Source: Candidatus Hydrothermarchaeota archaeon | GTDB taxonomy: Archaea > Hydrothermarchaeota > Hydrothermarchaeia > Hydrothermarchaeales > BMS3B | Assembly (NCBI GenBank): GCA_015521615.1 | Contig: WANW01000059.1 | Location: 802-64,801, forward strand | Direction: 5' to 3' | DNA: 64,000 bases | Shown here: positions 52,520 to 62,645 of the stretch, piece after piece | Layout of the letters: each line of letters starts with the position of its first letter | Numbering within the stretch: position 1 is the stretch's first letter | The notes under the pieces: generated by a model | Told to the model about the DNA's origin: nothing | Database searches by the model: none | The model's input: the letters and a program-made list of their open reading frames with translations, nothing else | Program-made: the position numbers and the translations under genes

Positions 52520-53380
52520 ATGGATGTACCTTCTGCTCTGCTTAAGGGTTTGGGCGTGCTTCTTGTGTTCATTGGCCTAGTTGGCATGCTGGGCAGCCTT
52601 TACGGCATAAAGGCCGTGCATGATTATGACTTTGGCTCGCCATCGCAGGAGGTTCGGCAGGACATATCCCAGGCAGGGGAGAAGATGCAGGAGCGCAGAG
52701 AGACGGTGCACTCTGCGCTGGAGGCGAGCAAACAGAACATGACCCTCTCCGGTGAGGAGCTTAAAGAAGCCAGCGAGAGTGTGGCTGAGGCGAGCACAAG
52801 CGTATACGCCGCCTCCACCAAGCTGAATGTTGCCGCCCAGGAGCTGCGCACCGCCTCTGCGTACAATGATGATGCCGCTGAGTACCTCCGTGAGGCGGCA
52901 GACAGGCTTAAAGCCTGGGCAGATAGCTACTCATACAACGGCACTGCCCTGCCGCGCAAGTATGAATTCAAGGCGGCTGTGAGCAGGATTAGCGACGCAA
53001 GCCTGAAGCTCCAGAGTTCAAGCACAAAGCTCGCTGCCACTGCAGACAAGCTCGAGGCGACCTCCGCAGAGCTTAGCTCTACTGCAGCGAAGCTTCAGCG
53101 CACCTCTGAGGAGCTTACCAATGTGAGTGAAAGGCTCTCTGCAACTGGTGAGAGCCTGGGAGAGCTTCGCTCACCTCTGGGCGGGCTGATCGACGACTTC
53201 ACAAACGCGCTTAGCAGCGCCACCGCAAGCATAGAAACAATAACAAAGGCGTCCAACAACATAAAGAGCGGACTTTACCTTTTGTTCTCATACCTGGTGC
53301 TTTTCCACTTCATTCTGTTCCTTCTTGGCATTGCTTTAATAGTAATAGAGGTGAATCTCTTCCATGTAGGAGGTTATTGA
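52520..53380 (+). CDS. Two-TM protein with a long Ala/Ser-rich heptad coiled coil
   Basis: N- and C-terminal hydrophobic helices flanking 7-residue periodic repeats (e.g. SSTKLAA TADKLEA TSAELSS TAAKLQR). Confidence 0.75.
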   Translation: MDVPSALLKGLGVLLVFIGLVGMLGSLYGIKAVHDYDFGSPSQEVRQDISQAGEKMQERRETVHSALEASKQNMTLSGEELKEASESVAEASTSVYAASTKLNVAAQELRTASAYNDDAAEYLREAADRLKAWADSYSYNGTALPRKYEFKAAVSRISDASLKLQSSSTKLAATADKLEATSAELSSTAAKLQRTSEELTNVSERLSATGESLGELRSPLGGLIDDFTNALSSATASIETITKASNNIKSGLYLLFSYLVLFHFILFLLGIALIVIEVNLFHVGGY

Positions 53381-54709
53381 ATGAAGGTGCTTGTGGTTGG
53401 AGGCGGAGCGAGGGAGCATGCTATAGCGGAGGCACTTAAGCGAAGCCCGCAGGTTGAGCTTTACTCCGCGATGAGCAACGCTAATCCAGGGATAAAGCGG
53501 CTGAGCGAAGAGGTGTTGCGTGCAAAAGAGACTGACATTGAGGCGATTAAAAAATTCGCTTTAAAAAACAACATTGAACTTGCCGTGATAGGCCCTGAGG
53601 CTCCGCTCTGTGCAGGACTTGCAGATGCGCTGCTCGGCGAGGGCATTGCCTGCGTGGGTCCAAGAAAAGCTCTTGCAATGGTGGAGTGCAGTAAAGAATT
53701 CTGCCGCAACCTCATGGCGAAGTACCGCATACCCGGAAGCCTCACCTATGCTACCTTCGACGACGCTAAAGAGGCGGCCAGCTATATAGACGCTTTTGAT
53801 GGCGATGTTGCGGTCAAGCCAGTTGGACTAACCGGCGGCAAGGGTGTTAAAGTTGTGGGTGAACAGCTGAAAGATAAGAAGGAGGCGAAGGCCTACGCTC
53901 GAGAGGTGATAGAGCGTGGAATAGGCGGTGGCAAGGTGGTCATAGAGGAGCGTGCCCTTGGCGAGGAGTTTACAGTCCAGGCTTTTGTTGACGGGCGCAA
54001 TGTCATAGCAATGCCCGCGGTGCAGGACCACAAGCGCGCCTTTGAGGGCGATAAAGGGCATAACACCGGCGGTATGGGCTCCTATTCCCAGAGTGATGGC
54101 TTGCTGCCCTTCCTGACTGAGGATGACTACAGCTTCGCGGTGGAGGTGATACGCAAGACAGTTGCGGCCCTGAGAGAAGAGACCGGCGAGGGTTACAAGG
54201 GCATACTCTACGGCCAGTTCATGAAGGGTAAGGAGATAAAGCTTATAGAGTTCAACTGCCGCTTCGGCGATCCGGAGGCCATGAATGTACTCACCCTGCT
54301 CGAGAGCGACTTTGCGGAGATCTGTGCAAGAATAGCTGAGGGCACCCTCTCTGGGAAGCATGTGAGCTTTGCGAAGCTCGCATCGGTATGCAAGTATGTG
54401 GTGCCCAAGGGTTACGGGGTGAATCCAGCGCCTCCTGCCAAGATAAGCATAGATGAGGAGGCGATAAAGCGAGAGGGCGCTACGCTCTACTACGCGGCAG
54501 TTAATGAGGAGAATGGCGAGATATACACAACCACATCGAGAAGCGTTGCAGTGGTGGGCGTTGCGGAGAGCATCGCCGAGGCTGAGGCGATAGCCGAGCG
54601 TGCCATAGGTCATATCAAAGGTGAGCATATATATCACAGAAGCGACATAGGCAAGCAGGAGCTTATTGAGGCGAAGCTTGCCCGCCTTAAAGCGCTGAGG
54701 GGTGAGTGA
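53381..54709 (+). CDS. purD: Phosphoribosylamine-glycine ligase
   Basis: G.GAREHA, GPEAPL, GGKGV, QDHKR, NTGGMG, E.N.RFGDPE. Confidence 0.96.
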   Translation: MKVLVVGGGAREHAIAEALKRSPQVELYSAMSNANPGIKRLSEEVLRAKETDIEAIKKFALKNNIELAVIGPEAPLCAGLADALLGEGIACVGPRKALAMVECSKEFCRNLMAKYRIPGSLTYATFDDAKEAASYIDAFDGDVAVKPVGLTGGKGVKVVGEQLKDKKEAKAYAREVIERGIGGGKVVIEERALGEEFTVQAFVDGRNVIAMPAVQDHKRAFEGDKGHNTGGMGSYSQSDGLLPFLTEDDYSFAVEVIRKTVAALREETGEGYKGILYGQFMKGKEIKLIEFNCRFGDPEAMNVLTLLESDFAEICARIAEGTLSGKHVSFAKLASVCKYVVPKGYGVNPAPPAKISIDEEAIKREGATLYYAAVNEENGEIYTTTSRSVAVVGVAESIAEAEAIAERAIGHIKGEHIYHRSDIGKQELIEAKLARLKALRGE

Positions 54710-55617
54710 TGCACATTTTATCTTTTCTTGACCTGAAAGACATAATAAATGAGGTCTTTGAGAGCGCCGCCAAGCTTAAAGCAGAGGCAAAGCGGAGCGA
54801 GTTTAAGGAGATTCTGAAGGGCAGAACACTGGCGATGATATTTGAAAAGGCTTCCACGAGAACCAGGGTGAGCTTTGAGGTGGCGATGACACAGCTGGGT
54901 GGACATGCGCTATACCTGAGCCCAAAAGATATGCAGCTTGGTAGAGGCGAAACCATCGCCGATACCGCTCGCACGCTTAGCAGGTACGTGGATGCTATAA
55001 TGATACGCGCCTACCGCCACAGCGATGTTATTGAACTTGCGAGACATGCAAGCGTGCCGGTGATAAATGGCCTTACAGATCTGGAGCACCCCTGCCAGGC
55101 GGCAAGCGACTTTTTTACAATGAAAGAGATAAAAGGCTCGCTCCGCGGAGTAAAGCTCGCTTACGTTGGCGACGGAAACAACGTATGCCATTCCCTGTTA
55201 CTTGGTTCTGCTCTGCTTGGCGTTAACTTCTCCTGCGCCACTCCACAGGGGTATGAGCCCCAGCAGGACATAGTACAGCAGGCCATGTCTCTCGCGAGGG
55301 ATAGCGGCGCCCAGATTGAGATACTCAACGACCCGGCAGAAGCTGTGCAGGACGCAGATTTTATATACACCGATGTGTGGGTGAGCATGGGGCAGGAGAG
55401 CGAAGCCGAGCAGCGCATGCGTGCCTTCCGGAGCTATCAGGTCAATTCAGAGCTGCTCAGGCATGCACCTCATGCTAAGGTGATGCACTGCCTGCCAGCG
55501 AAGCGAGGTTATGAGATAACCGATGAGGTTATTGACGGCGAGGCCTCTATAGTCTGGGAGCAGGCCGAGAATCGCCTCCACGTGCAGAAGGCGATTCTGG
55601 TAAAGCTTATTGGCTGA
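54709..55617 (+). CDS. argF: Ornithine carbamoyltransferase
   Basis: STRTR.SF, HPCQ, DVWVSMG, HCLP, AENR. Confidence 0.95.
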   Translation: MHILSFLDLKDIINEVFESAAKLKAEAKRSEFKEILKGRTLAMIFEKASTRTRVSFEVAMTQLGGHALYLSPKDMQLGRGETIADTARTLSRYVDAIMIRAYRHSDVIELARHASVPVINGLTDLEHPCQAASDFFTMKEIKGSLRGVKLAYVGDGNNVCHSLLLGSALLGVNFSCATPQGYEPQQDIVQQAMSLARDSGAQIEILNDPAEAVQDADFIYTDVWVSMGQESEAEQRMRAFRSYQVNSELLRHAPHAKVMHCLPAKRGYEITDEVIDGEASIVWEQAENRLHVQKAILVKLIG

Positions 55618-55618
55618 A

Positions 55619-56518
55619 TCAAGCCTTAGCCTCCACCCTGTGGATCGCCCAGTATACCAGGGCCAGACTGAGGAGCAGACCCGCTATAGCAAGAATCTCA
55701 GTAATCTTCTCCGGGGAGAGGGACAGTATGAGAACCTTGCGTATAACCGCCGCAAGGGCAACACTCACAAATACCTTTAAACTGAGCACACCGCCGCGCA
55801 GGCGCTTTATTTCCCCATCCAGAAGCTCTGATACAGCATAGAGAATGAGCACAGTACCCATAAGGCTCAGCACGCCCTTCTCCAGCAACATTGTGCCATT
55901 AATTATCATAAACATCTCATAAAGTATCCAGAATATCAGAAATAACCCTGAAATTAAAAGAGAAAGTATTATGAAGATGTCAAAACCGTAGGATATGCGC
56001 TTTATTCCCCCTATGAGAATTCTCTGATATTTCCCGAGAGGCAGATACAGCTTCAGCTCCTCTTCCCGGTAAGAACTCAGCATCACATCCAGATTCAAAT
56101 CCAGGAGTTTTTCAACAGAACTCATAACTTTATCCCTATCTTCTGAACAGCCAAGCTCAAATGTGAGCTTTTCCAGGATAAACCGCCTTATAAAATTCAT
56201 TGTAACTGTCATGTAGTGAGGAGGAAGCCCTATCTTGACATGCACCTCTCCTATCCTGTAGAGAGATTTAACATATTTATCGTCGTATTCCCCATAAAAA
56301 ATGGTTTCAAACCAGTTCTTTAACTTTTCACCATGCCTTTTCAGCACTTTTTCATCTGGTATATACTTCTCCACATCCTTAAAGGTTGCAAGATAGTTAT
56401 GAAGCTCCTGAACAAACTCTGTACTGTACTTTTTTCCAAAATCCCTCATCTTTTTCAGATTTTCTTCATCCTCCACTCCCCAGTTGTAATAAGCCTTAAG
56501 TTCTTCAATATCTTCCAT
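55619..56518 (-). CDS. Sensor globin (protoglobin-like) fused to a PsiE-like membrane domain
   Basis: W...F.G.YD..Y...RIG.VHVKIGLP.HY; C-terminal four TM segments with EL and IRKVL. Confidence 0.8.
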   Translation of the reverse strand: MEDIEELKAYYNWGVEDEENLKKMRDFGKKYSTEFVQELHNYLATFKDVEKYIPDEKVLKRHGEKLKNWFETIFYGEYDDKYVKSLYRIGEVHVKIGLPPHYMTVTMNFIRRFILEKLTFELGCSEDRDKVMSSVEKLLDLNLDVMLSSYREEELKLYLPLGKYQRILIGGIKRISYGFDIFIILSLLISGLFLIFWILYEMFMIINGTMLLEKGVLSLMGTVLILYAVSELLDGEIKRLRGGVLSLKVFVSVALAAVIRKVLILSLSPEKITEILAIAGLLLSLALVYWAIHRVEAKA

Positions 56519-56618
56519 ACAGGTAATTTAATATGACCACAGATAAACCTTTGCTGCAAAAATCCTAAAAGCCTGTGGGATAACTGCGATACATTTTTAA
56601 GCATCGAGTTTAACCAGA

Positions 56619-57356
56619 ATGAATATGAGCAGATTGAGGATTCTCAGCTCTGGAGAGTGGGATTTGCTCGCTGTTGTTGCGGCGAGCTTGATAGGCATTA
56701 TAGCCCACGTGCTCAACCTGATTCCAGAGGGCTATATAATCTCACTGATACTCCTGCTTCTTGCACTACATGCCCTGCACGAGATTGGACATGACATGAA
56801 GTTCGACGAAGCGAATGCGGCGCTCCTGAGCATGGAAAGAAGGCTCACCAGCATCGAACCAGAGGTGAAGGTTATTACAAAGGACCACTTCAAGCACGGG
56901 GAGGCTCTGGCAAAGAGAAACAGAGGCACCTTTGTGTGGTTCAACACCCCAATGACGGTGATGCGCTCTCAGGAGGCCTTTGACCTGATGCTGAGGCCCG
57001 CTATTGAAAGCAGAAATACAAAGAGGGTGGAGTTTATCCTCAAACCAGAGCAGAAGGACTTCTTCGACACCTTCGTCTGGCCAAAGATACAGGCATGCAG
57101 AGGTAAGGAAAAGGTCTCCTACCCCACATTTGTACCTATAAAGGAGAACTTCGCATTTAAGATGATAGACGCCAGTGAGAATGAAGAGGCAAAGGAGTTT
57201 CACCTCACCTTCCTAGATAGCCCCTTTACAATAACCAGAGAATGGGAGGACGGGAGCAAGGTGGTACACCCGAAGATAATATTTCACGTCCTGCCCAGAA
57301 GTGAGCTTTCAAAGGAACTTAAAGAGGTCTACCTGCAGTACGCCGTCACCACCTAG
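56619..57356 (+). CDS. Hypothetical membrane-anchored protein
   Basis: Two N-terminal TM helices and a soluble C-terminal domain. Confidence 0.7.
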   Translation: MNMSRLRILSSGEWDLLAVVAASLIGIIAHVLNLIPEGYIISLILLLLALHALHEIGHDMKFDEANAALLSMERRLTSIEPEVKVITKDHFKHGEALAKRNRGTFVWFNTPMTVMRSQEAFDLMLRPAIESRNTKRVEFILKPEQKDFFDTFVWPKIQACRGKEKVSYPTFVPIKENFAFKMIDASENEEAKEFHLTFLDSPFTITREWEDGSKVVHPKIIFHVLPRSELSKELKEVYLQYAVTT

Positions 57357-57616
57357 AGAAGGCGGTGCACCTCTGTAATCTCAACCTCTCCCACTTCAGG
57401 GATAGAGCGGAGCGCCTTCTCAATGTTGTCAGCCGCACCTTCAGCATCAGCCACAACAAACCTGGCGACAATTGCAACCAGACCAAAGGCAATGGGCTCC
57501 TTATCGGCGGAGTTGAATCTCGCTTCCTTTATGCCCTTCACTTTTTCCAGAAGTTCGTCTATATTTACCTCTACATCCTTCGGCATTATCTTTGCAGTAA
57601 CCAGAACTTCAGTCAT
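57353..57616 (-). CDS. ef1b: Elongation factor 1-beta
   Basis: KIMP, EPIAFGL.A. Confidence 0.92.
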   Translation of the reverse strand: MTEVLVTAKIMPKDVEVNIDELLEKVKGIKEARFNSADKEPIAFGLVAIVARFVVADAEGAADNIEKALRSIPEVGEVEITEVHRLL

Positions 57617-57625
57617 AACTTCACC

Positions 57626-57787
57626 TCATGGACCTTCAAAGCCGCACTCACAGCGATACCTTCGCCCTAGCTTGCGGCAGCGCTCACAGCGCACAATCAT
57701 GGCATCGCACTCCGGGCAGGGAAACTTTACGCTGCCTCCGCCCACTTTAATGTAAGCTCCGCAGGATATGCAGGTTAATTCTTCCAT
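57626..57787 (-). CDS. Zn-ribbon RNA-binding protein (DUF1610-like, 53 aa; below the ORF-track length cutoff)
   Basis: Manual translation MEELTCISCG..FPCPEC..IVRCERCRKLGRRYRCECGFEGP; conserved position upstream of EF-1beta. Confidence 0.9.
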   Translation of the reverse strand: MEELTCISCGAYIKVGGGSVKFPCPECDAMIVRCERCRKLGRRYRCECGFEGP

Positions 57788-57862
57788 AACATACCTCCAT
57801 TAGTTAATGAGATGTAAAAGCCTTCCTTTTTATGCGAGATAACAAGGGAAAATATTACTACG

Positions 57863-59158
57863 CTACCCTTTGAGCACCACGCTGTTCTGAGGCACAACCT
57901 TTGAAAGCTCCTCAAAAAACCCCGGAAAGGATATGGAGGCGCACTCTATGCCGTGCACAACACTTCCACCCTCCGCGGCAAGTGCTGCTATACTAAGCGC
58001 CATCGCCAGGCGATGGTCACCATGGGTGTGCACCTCAGCACCACGCAAACTGACTGTGCCTTTTATCTCCATACCATCTCTGCGCTCTTTTATCTCCGCC
58101 CCAAACTTCGCAAACTCCTGCGAGCAGGTTGCGATGCGGTCACTCTCCTTATAGCGCGCATGTTCCACATTCTTTATAACTGTTTTTCCCTCCGCCTTGA
58201 CAGCGAGCGCGGCCACCGTAGGCAGCAGGTCAGGGGTATCCCCCAGGTCCACCTCTACACCGCGCAGCTTCCCGGTACCGCGGACCCTTACCCAGCCTTT
58301 TCCTGACTCCACACTGGCTCCCATCTCACGCAGAATCCCAAGTATCGCTCTGTCACCCTGCTTTGAGTCAGGATTCAGGTTTTCCACTGTAATCTCGCCT
58401 CCGGTTAAGGCAGCGAGAGCCAGGAAATAGGAGGCTGAGGAGTAATCACCCTCCACCCTGTAGCTTCTTCCTCTGTAAGTCCTGCCAGCGGTAACCCGGA
58501 AGCTTTCATATGCGTGATTTTCAACCTCAGCACCAAAGGTGCGCATAATCTCCAGGGTTATGTCCACATAGGGCTTTGACTTCAGTGGCGAGGTCAGCAC
58601 CACCTCCACATCGGTCTCTGCATAGGGTGCAACTATCAGCAGCGCAGATATAAACTGCGAGCTAACATCGCCTCGAATCCTCGCAACTCCGCCATGAAGT
58701 GAACCACCCTTAATCCTCACAGGCGGACATCCATTACCCGGTATACTTTCGCCATGCACACCGAGCATTGCAAGGGCATCCAGGAGTGGCTGAATGGGAC
58801 GGCGACGAAGCGAGGCATCACCTGTTAGCACAGACTCACCATCCAGTGAGGCAACACCTGTAAGCAGGCGCAGCGTGGTGCCAGAATTTTTGCAGTCCAC
58901 CTCCTCTTCAGGAGTCGCCAGCCTGCCTCCGCTTCCCTCCACAATGGCTACCCTCTCATCCTCCTCAACTATACTCACCCCAAAGCTCCTCATCCCGGCT
59001 ATAGTTGCCATGGTATCCTCTGACACCAGATAATCATATATCCTGGAGCTACCCCGTGCTAGGCCAGCCACAACAAAAGCGCGGTGAGTGTAGCTCTTTG
59101 ATGGTGGCGCAGCCACACTTCCGTGCACCTTTTCCACACCGCTAATTATCGCCTTCAT
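57863..59158 (-). CDS. aroA: EPSP synthase
   Basis: PPSKSYTHR, NSGTT.R, SSQFIS, KESDRI, DHRLAM. Confidence 0.95.
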   Translation of the reverse strand: MKAIISGVEKVHGSVAAPPSKSYTHRAFVVAGLARGSSRIYDYLVSEDTMATIAGMRSFGVSIVEEDERVAIVEGSGGRLATPEEEVDCKNSGTTLRLLTGVASLDGESVLTGDASLRRRPIQPLLDALAMLGVHGESIPGNGCPPVRIKGGSLHGGVARIRGDVSSQFISALLIVAPYAETDVEVVLTSPLKSKPYVDITLEIMRTFGAEVENHAYESFRVTAGRTYRGRSYRVEGDYSSASYFLALAALTGGEITVENLNPDSKQGDRAILGILREMGASVESGKGWVRVRGTGKLRGVEVDLGDTPDLLPTVAALAVKAEGKTVIKNVEHARYKESDRIATCSQEFAKFGAEIKERRDGMEIKGTVSLRGAEVHTHGDHRLAMALSIAALAAEGGSVVHGIECASISFPGFFEELSKVVPQNSVVLKG

Positions 59159-59229
59159 AGCAGCACCGCTACGATTATATACCCTCAAAGGATAATATCT
59201 TTCCGGTATTAAAAGCTAGGGGTTGAAGG

Positions 59230-59511
59230 ATGCTCGAAAACCTCAGGAATGAGATTGAACTTCTGCGCAGGCATGTTCGTGTACTTCGCATGGTAAAGCA
59301 GCACGAGCCTGTGGGTATAATAAAGCTCTCAGAGCTTAGCGGCATACCCCAGCACAAGGTGCGCTACTCACTGCGTGTTCTGGAGCAGAAGGGGATAATA
59401 AAGCCCTCACCGCAGGGCGCTGTTACCACGCGCAGAGCTGAGAATTTTCTAAAAACTCTGCCTGAGGAGATAAAGAGACTGAAGGAGGAGCTGGACTCCT
59501 GCCTTGAGTAG
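59230..59511 (+). CDS. Winged-helix transcriptional regulator (COG3388-like)
   Basis: P.GIIKLS, HKVRYSLR.LE..G.I.PS.QGA. Confidence 0.82.
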   Translation: MLENLRNEIELLRRHVRVLRMVKQHEPVGIIKLSELSGIPQHKVRYSLRVLEQKGIIKPSPQGAVTTRRAENFLKTLPEEIKRLKEELDSCLE

Positions 59512-59985
59512 CTACTCTTCCTCTTCACCCTCTTCGAAGTTTATCTTGTACTCCTCTTTTGAGACCGACGCTGTTTCCATCACCTTATCCGAGACATAAA
59601 CAGGCGCACCTGTGCGCACCGCCAGAGCTATGCTATCACTGGGGCGTGCATCAAATTCAAACTCATTGCCATTTGACCTCACTATAAGCCTGGCAAAAAA
59701 CACCCCCTCGCTCAGGTCATCTATGAGCACGCGTTCTATCTTGGAGTTGAGCCCTTCAAGGATGTTAACAAGCAGGTCATGGGTGAGCGGGCGTGGGTAT
59801 GGAACCTTCTCCAGCGCCGTCTGAATCGAAAAGGCCTCTGCAGCACCGATGTAGATGGGCAGAATCTCTTCCCGGTCGTTCTCCAGGAATACCACGGGCG
59901 TTACACCCTCTGGCACAGGGGACATAAATACCCCGACAACACGAACACGCTGGAAACCATCAATCTTTTCTTCAACCTTTTCCAT
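59512..59985 (-). CDS. Bifunctional nuclease family (DUF151)
   Basis: LPIYIG..EA, RPLTHDL, DARPSD.IALA.R. Confidence 0.9.
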   Translation of the reverse strand: MEKVEEKIDGFQRVRVVGVFMSPVPEGVTPVVFLENDREEILPIYIGAAEAFSIQTALEKVPYPRPLTHDLLVNILEGLNSKIERVLIDDLSEGVFFARLIVRSNGNEFEFDARPSDSIALAVRTGAPVYVSDKVMETASVSKEEYKINFEEGEEEE

Positions 59986-60038
59986 AAGAGTCCCCTAGTT
60001 AACTTTACAAGCTTTTAGCTTATTAACGTTTTGCATAA

Positions 60039-61613
<1,575 letters not shown>

Positions 61614-61630
<17 letters not shown>

Positions 61631-62168
61631 ACTCGCCTTTGTCACCGGGAATGAACACAAGTTCCGTGAGGCTGAGGAGATTTTAAAGGGCGTGGTAAGG
61701 CTTCACTGGAGGCGGGAGAGCTACCGTGAGGTGCAGGCTGAAACGCTGGAGGAGGTGACAAAGGAGGCGCTCAGGGAAATACCCGGCGACAGTTTCTTTA
61801 TCGAAGATGCTGGCTTATTTATTCATGCACTCAACGGCTTCCCGGGAGTTTATTCCGCTTACGTTTTTAAGAAAATAGGCAACGAAGGAATTCTGAGGCT
61901 GCTAAAGGGTGAGAAAAACAGAGGGGCAACCTTTCGCTCTGTGATAGGTCTTAAGCTCAGGGGGGAGGTGAGGCTCTTTACAGGCGAGGTTTACGGCAGG
62001 ATAGCAACCGAGGCAAGGGGTAGAGAAGGCTTCGGCTACGACCCTATTTTTATCCCCACAGGGCACGACACAACCTTTGCAGAAGACCCGGTGCTAAAAC
62101 AGAAGGTATCACACCGCAGGCGCGCCCTCCAGGAGCTCGCTCGATACCTGACTAGCCACCCTCCCTGA
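61614..62168 (+). CDS. Non-canonical purine NTP pyrophosphatase (Ham1/RdgB)
   Basis: TGN.HK..E, EDAGL, GFPG.YS, GFGYDPIF, SHR. Confidence 0.93.
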
Positions 62169-62502
62169 AACTCTCTATTGCAGTGGTGAGATTCCTGGAA
62201 AGTTCACTCACATTATCAGAAACGTTACTCTCCGGAGCTATTTTGTTGATTATATCAGCTATCATCCTGAATTTGTCCACCAGCCTCTCCAGCGCCTCTG
62301 CAACATCCTGCCTGTAACTCTGCTCCAACTCCTGTGAGCGAAGTGAATATTCCTCCTCACCAATCTCACCCTGAATCCGTGCTCTGAGAAGCTCTGACTG
62401 TGCATCTACCATTTTGCCTGTGGACAGGGTTATTGTATACACAACCCCCGCAAACAGTGCTGCAATGCCAACAGCAAGGACCAGATATGATTTGCCCAGC
62501 AT
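62152..62502 (-). CDS. Hypothetical single-TM protein
   Basis: N-terminal hydrophobic helix; GEI.EEEY (SHOCT-like) motif. Confidence 0.6.
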   Translation of the reverse strand: MLGKSYLVLAVGIAALFAGVVYTITLSTGKMVDAQSELLRARIQGEIGEEEYSLRSQELEQSYRQDVAEALERLVDKFRMIADIINKIAPESNVSDNVSELSRNLTTAIESFREGG

Positions 62503-62645
62503 GCTTCCCCTCACAGATAGTCCTCTATATTACTTTTAATGGGGTGGTATTAAAAGGTTGGCAACCGCTGGCATAATGAACATTTTCGGGAAAAAGAATA
62601 TTTATCATTATAAATAATGACGGTTTCTCAACGGAGGTGTTTTAG

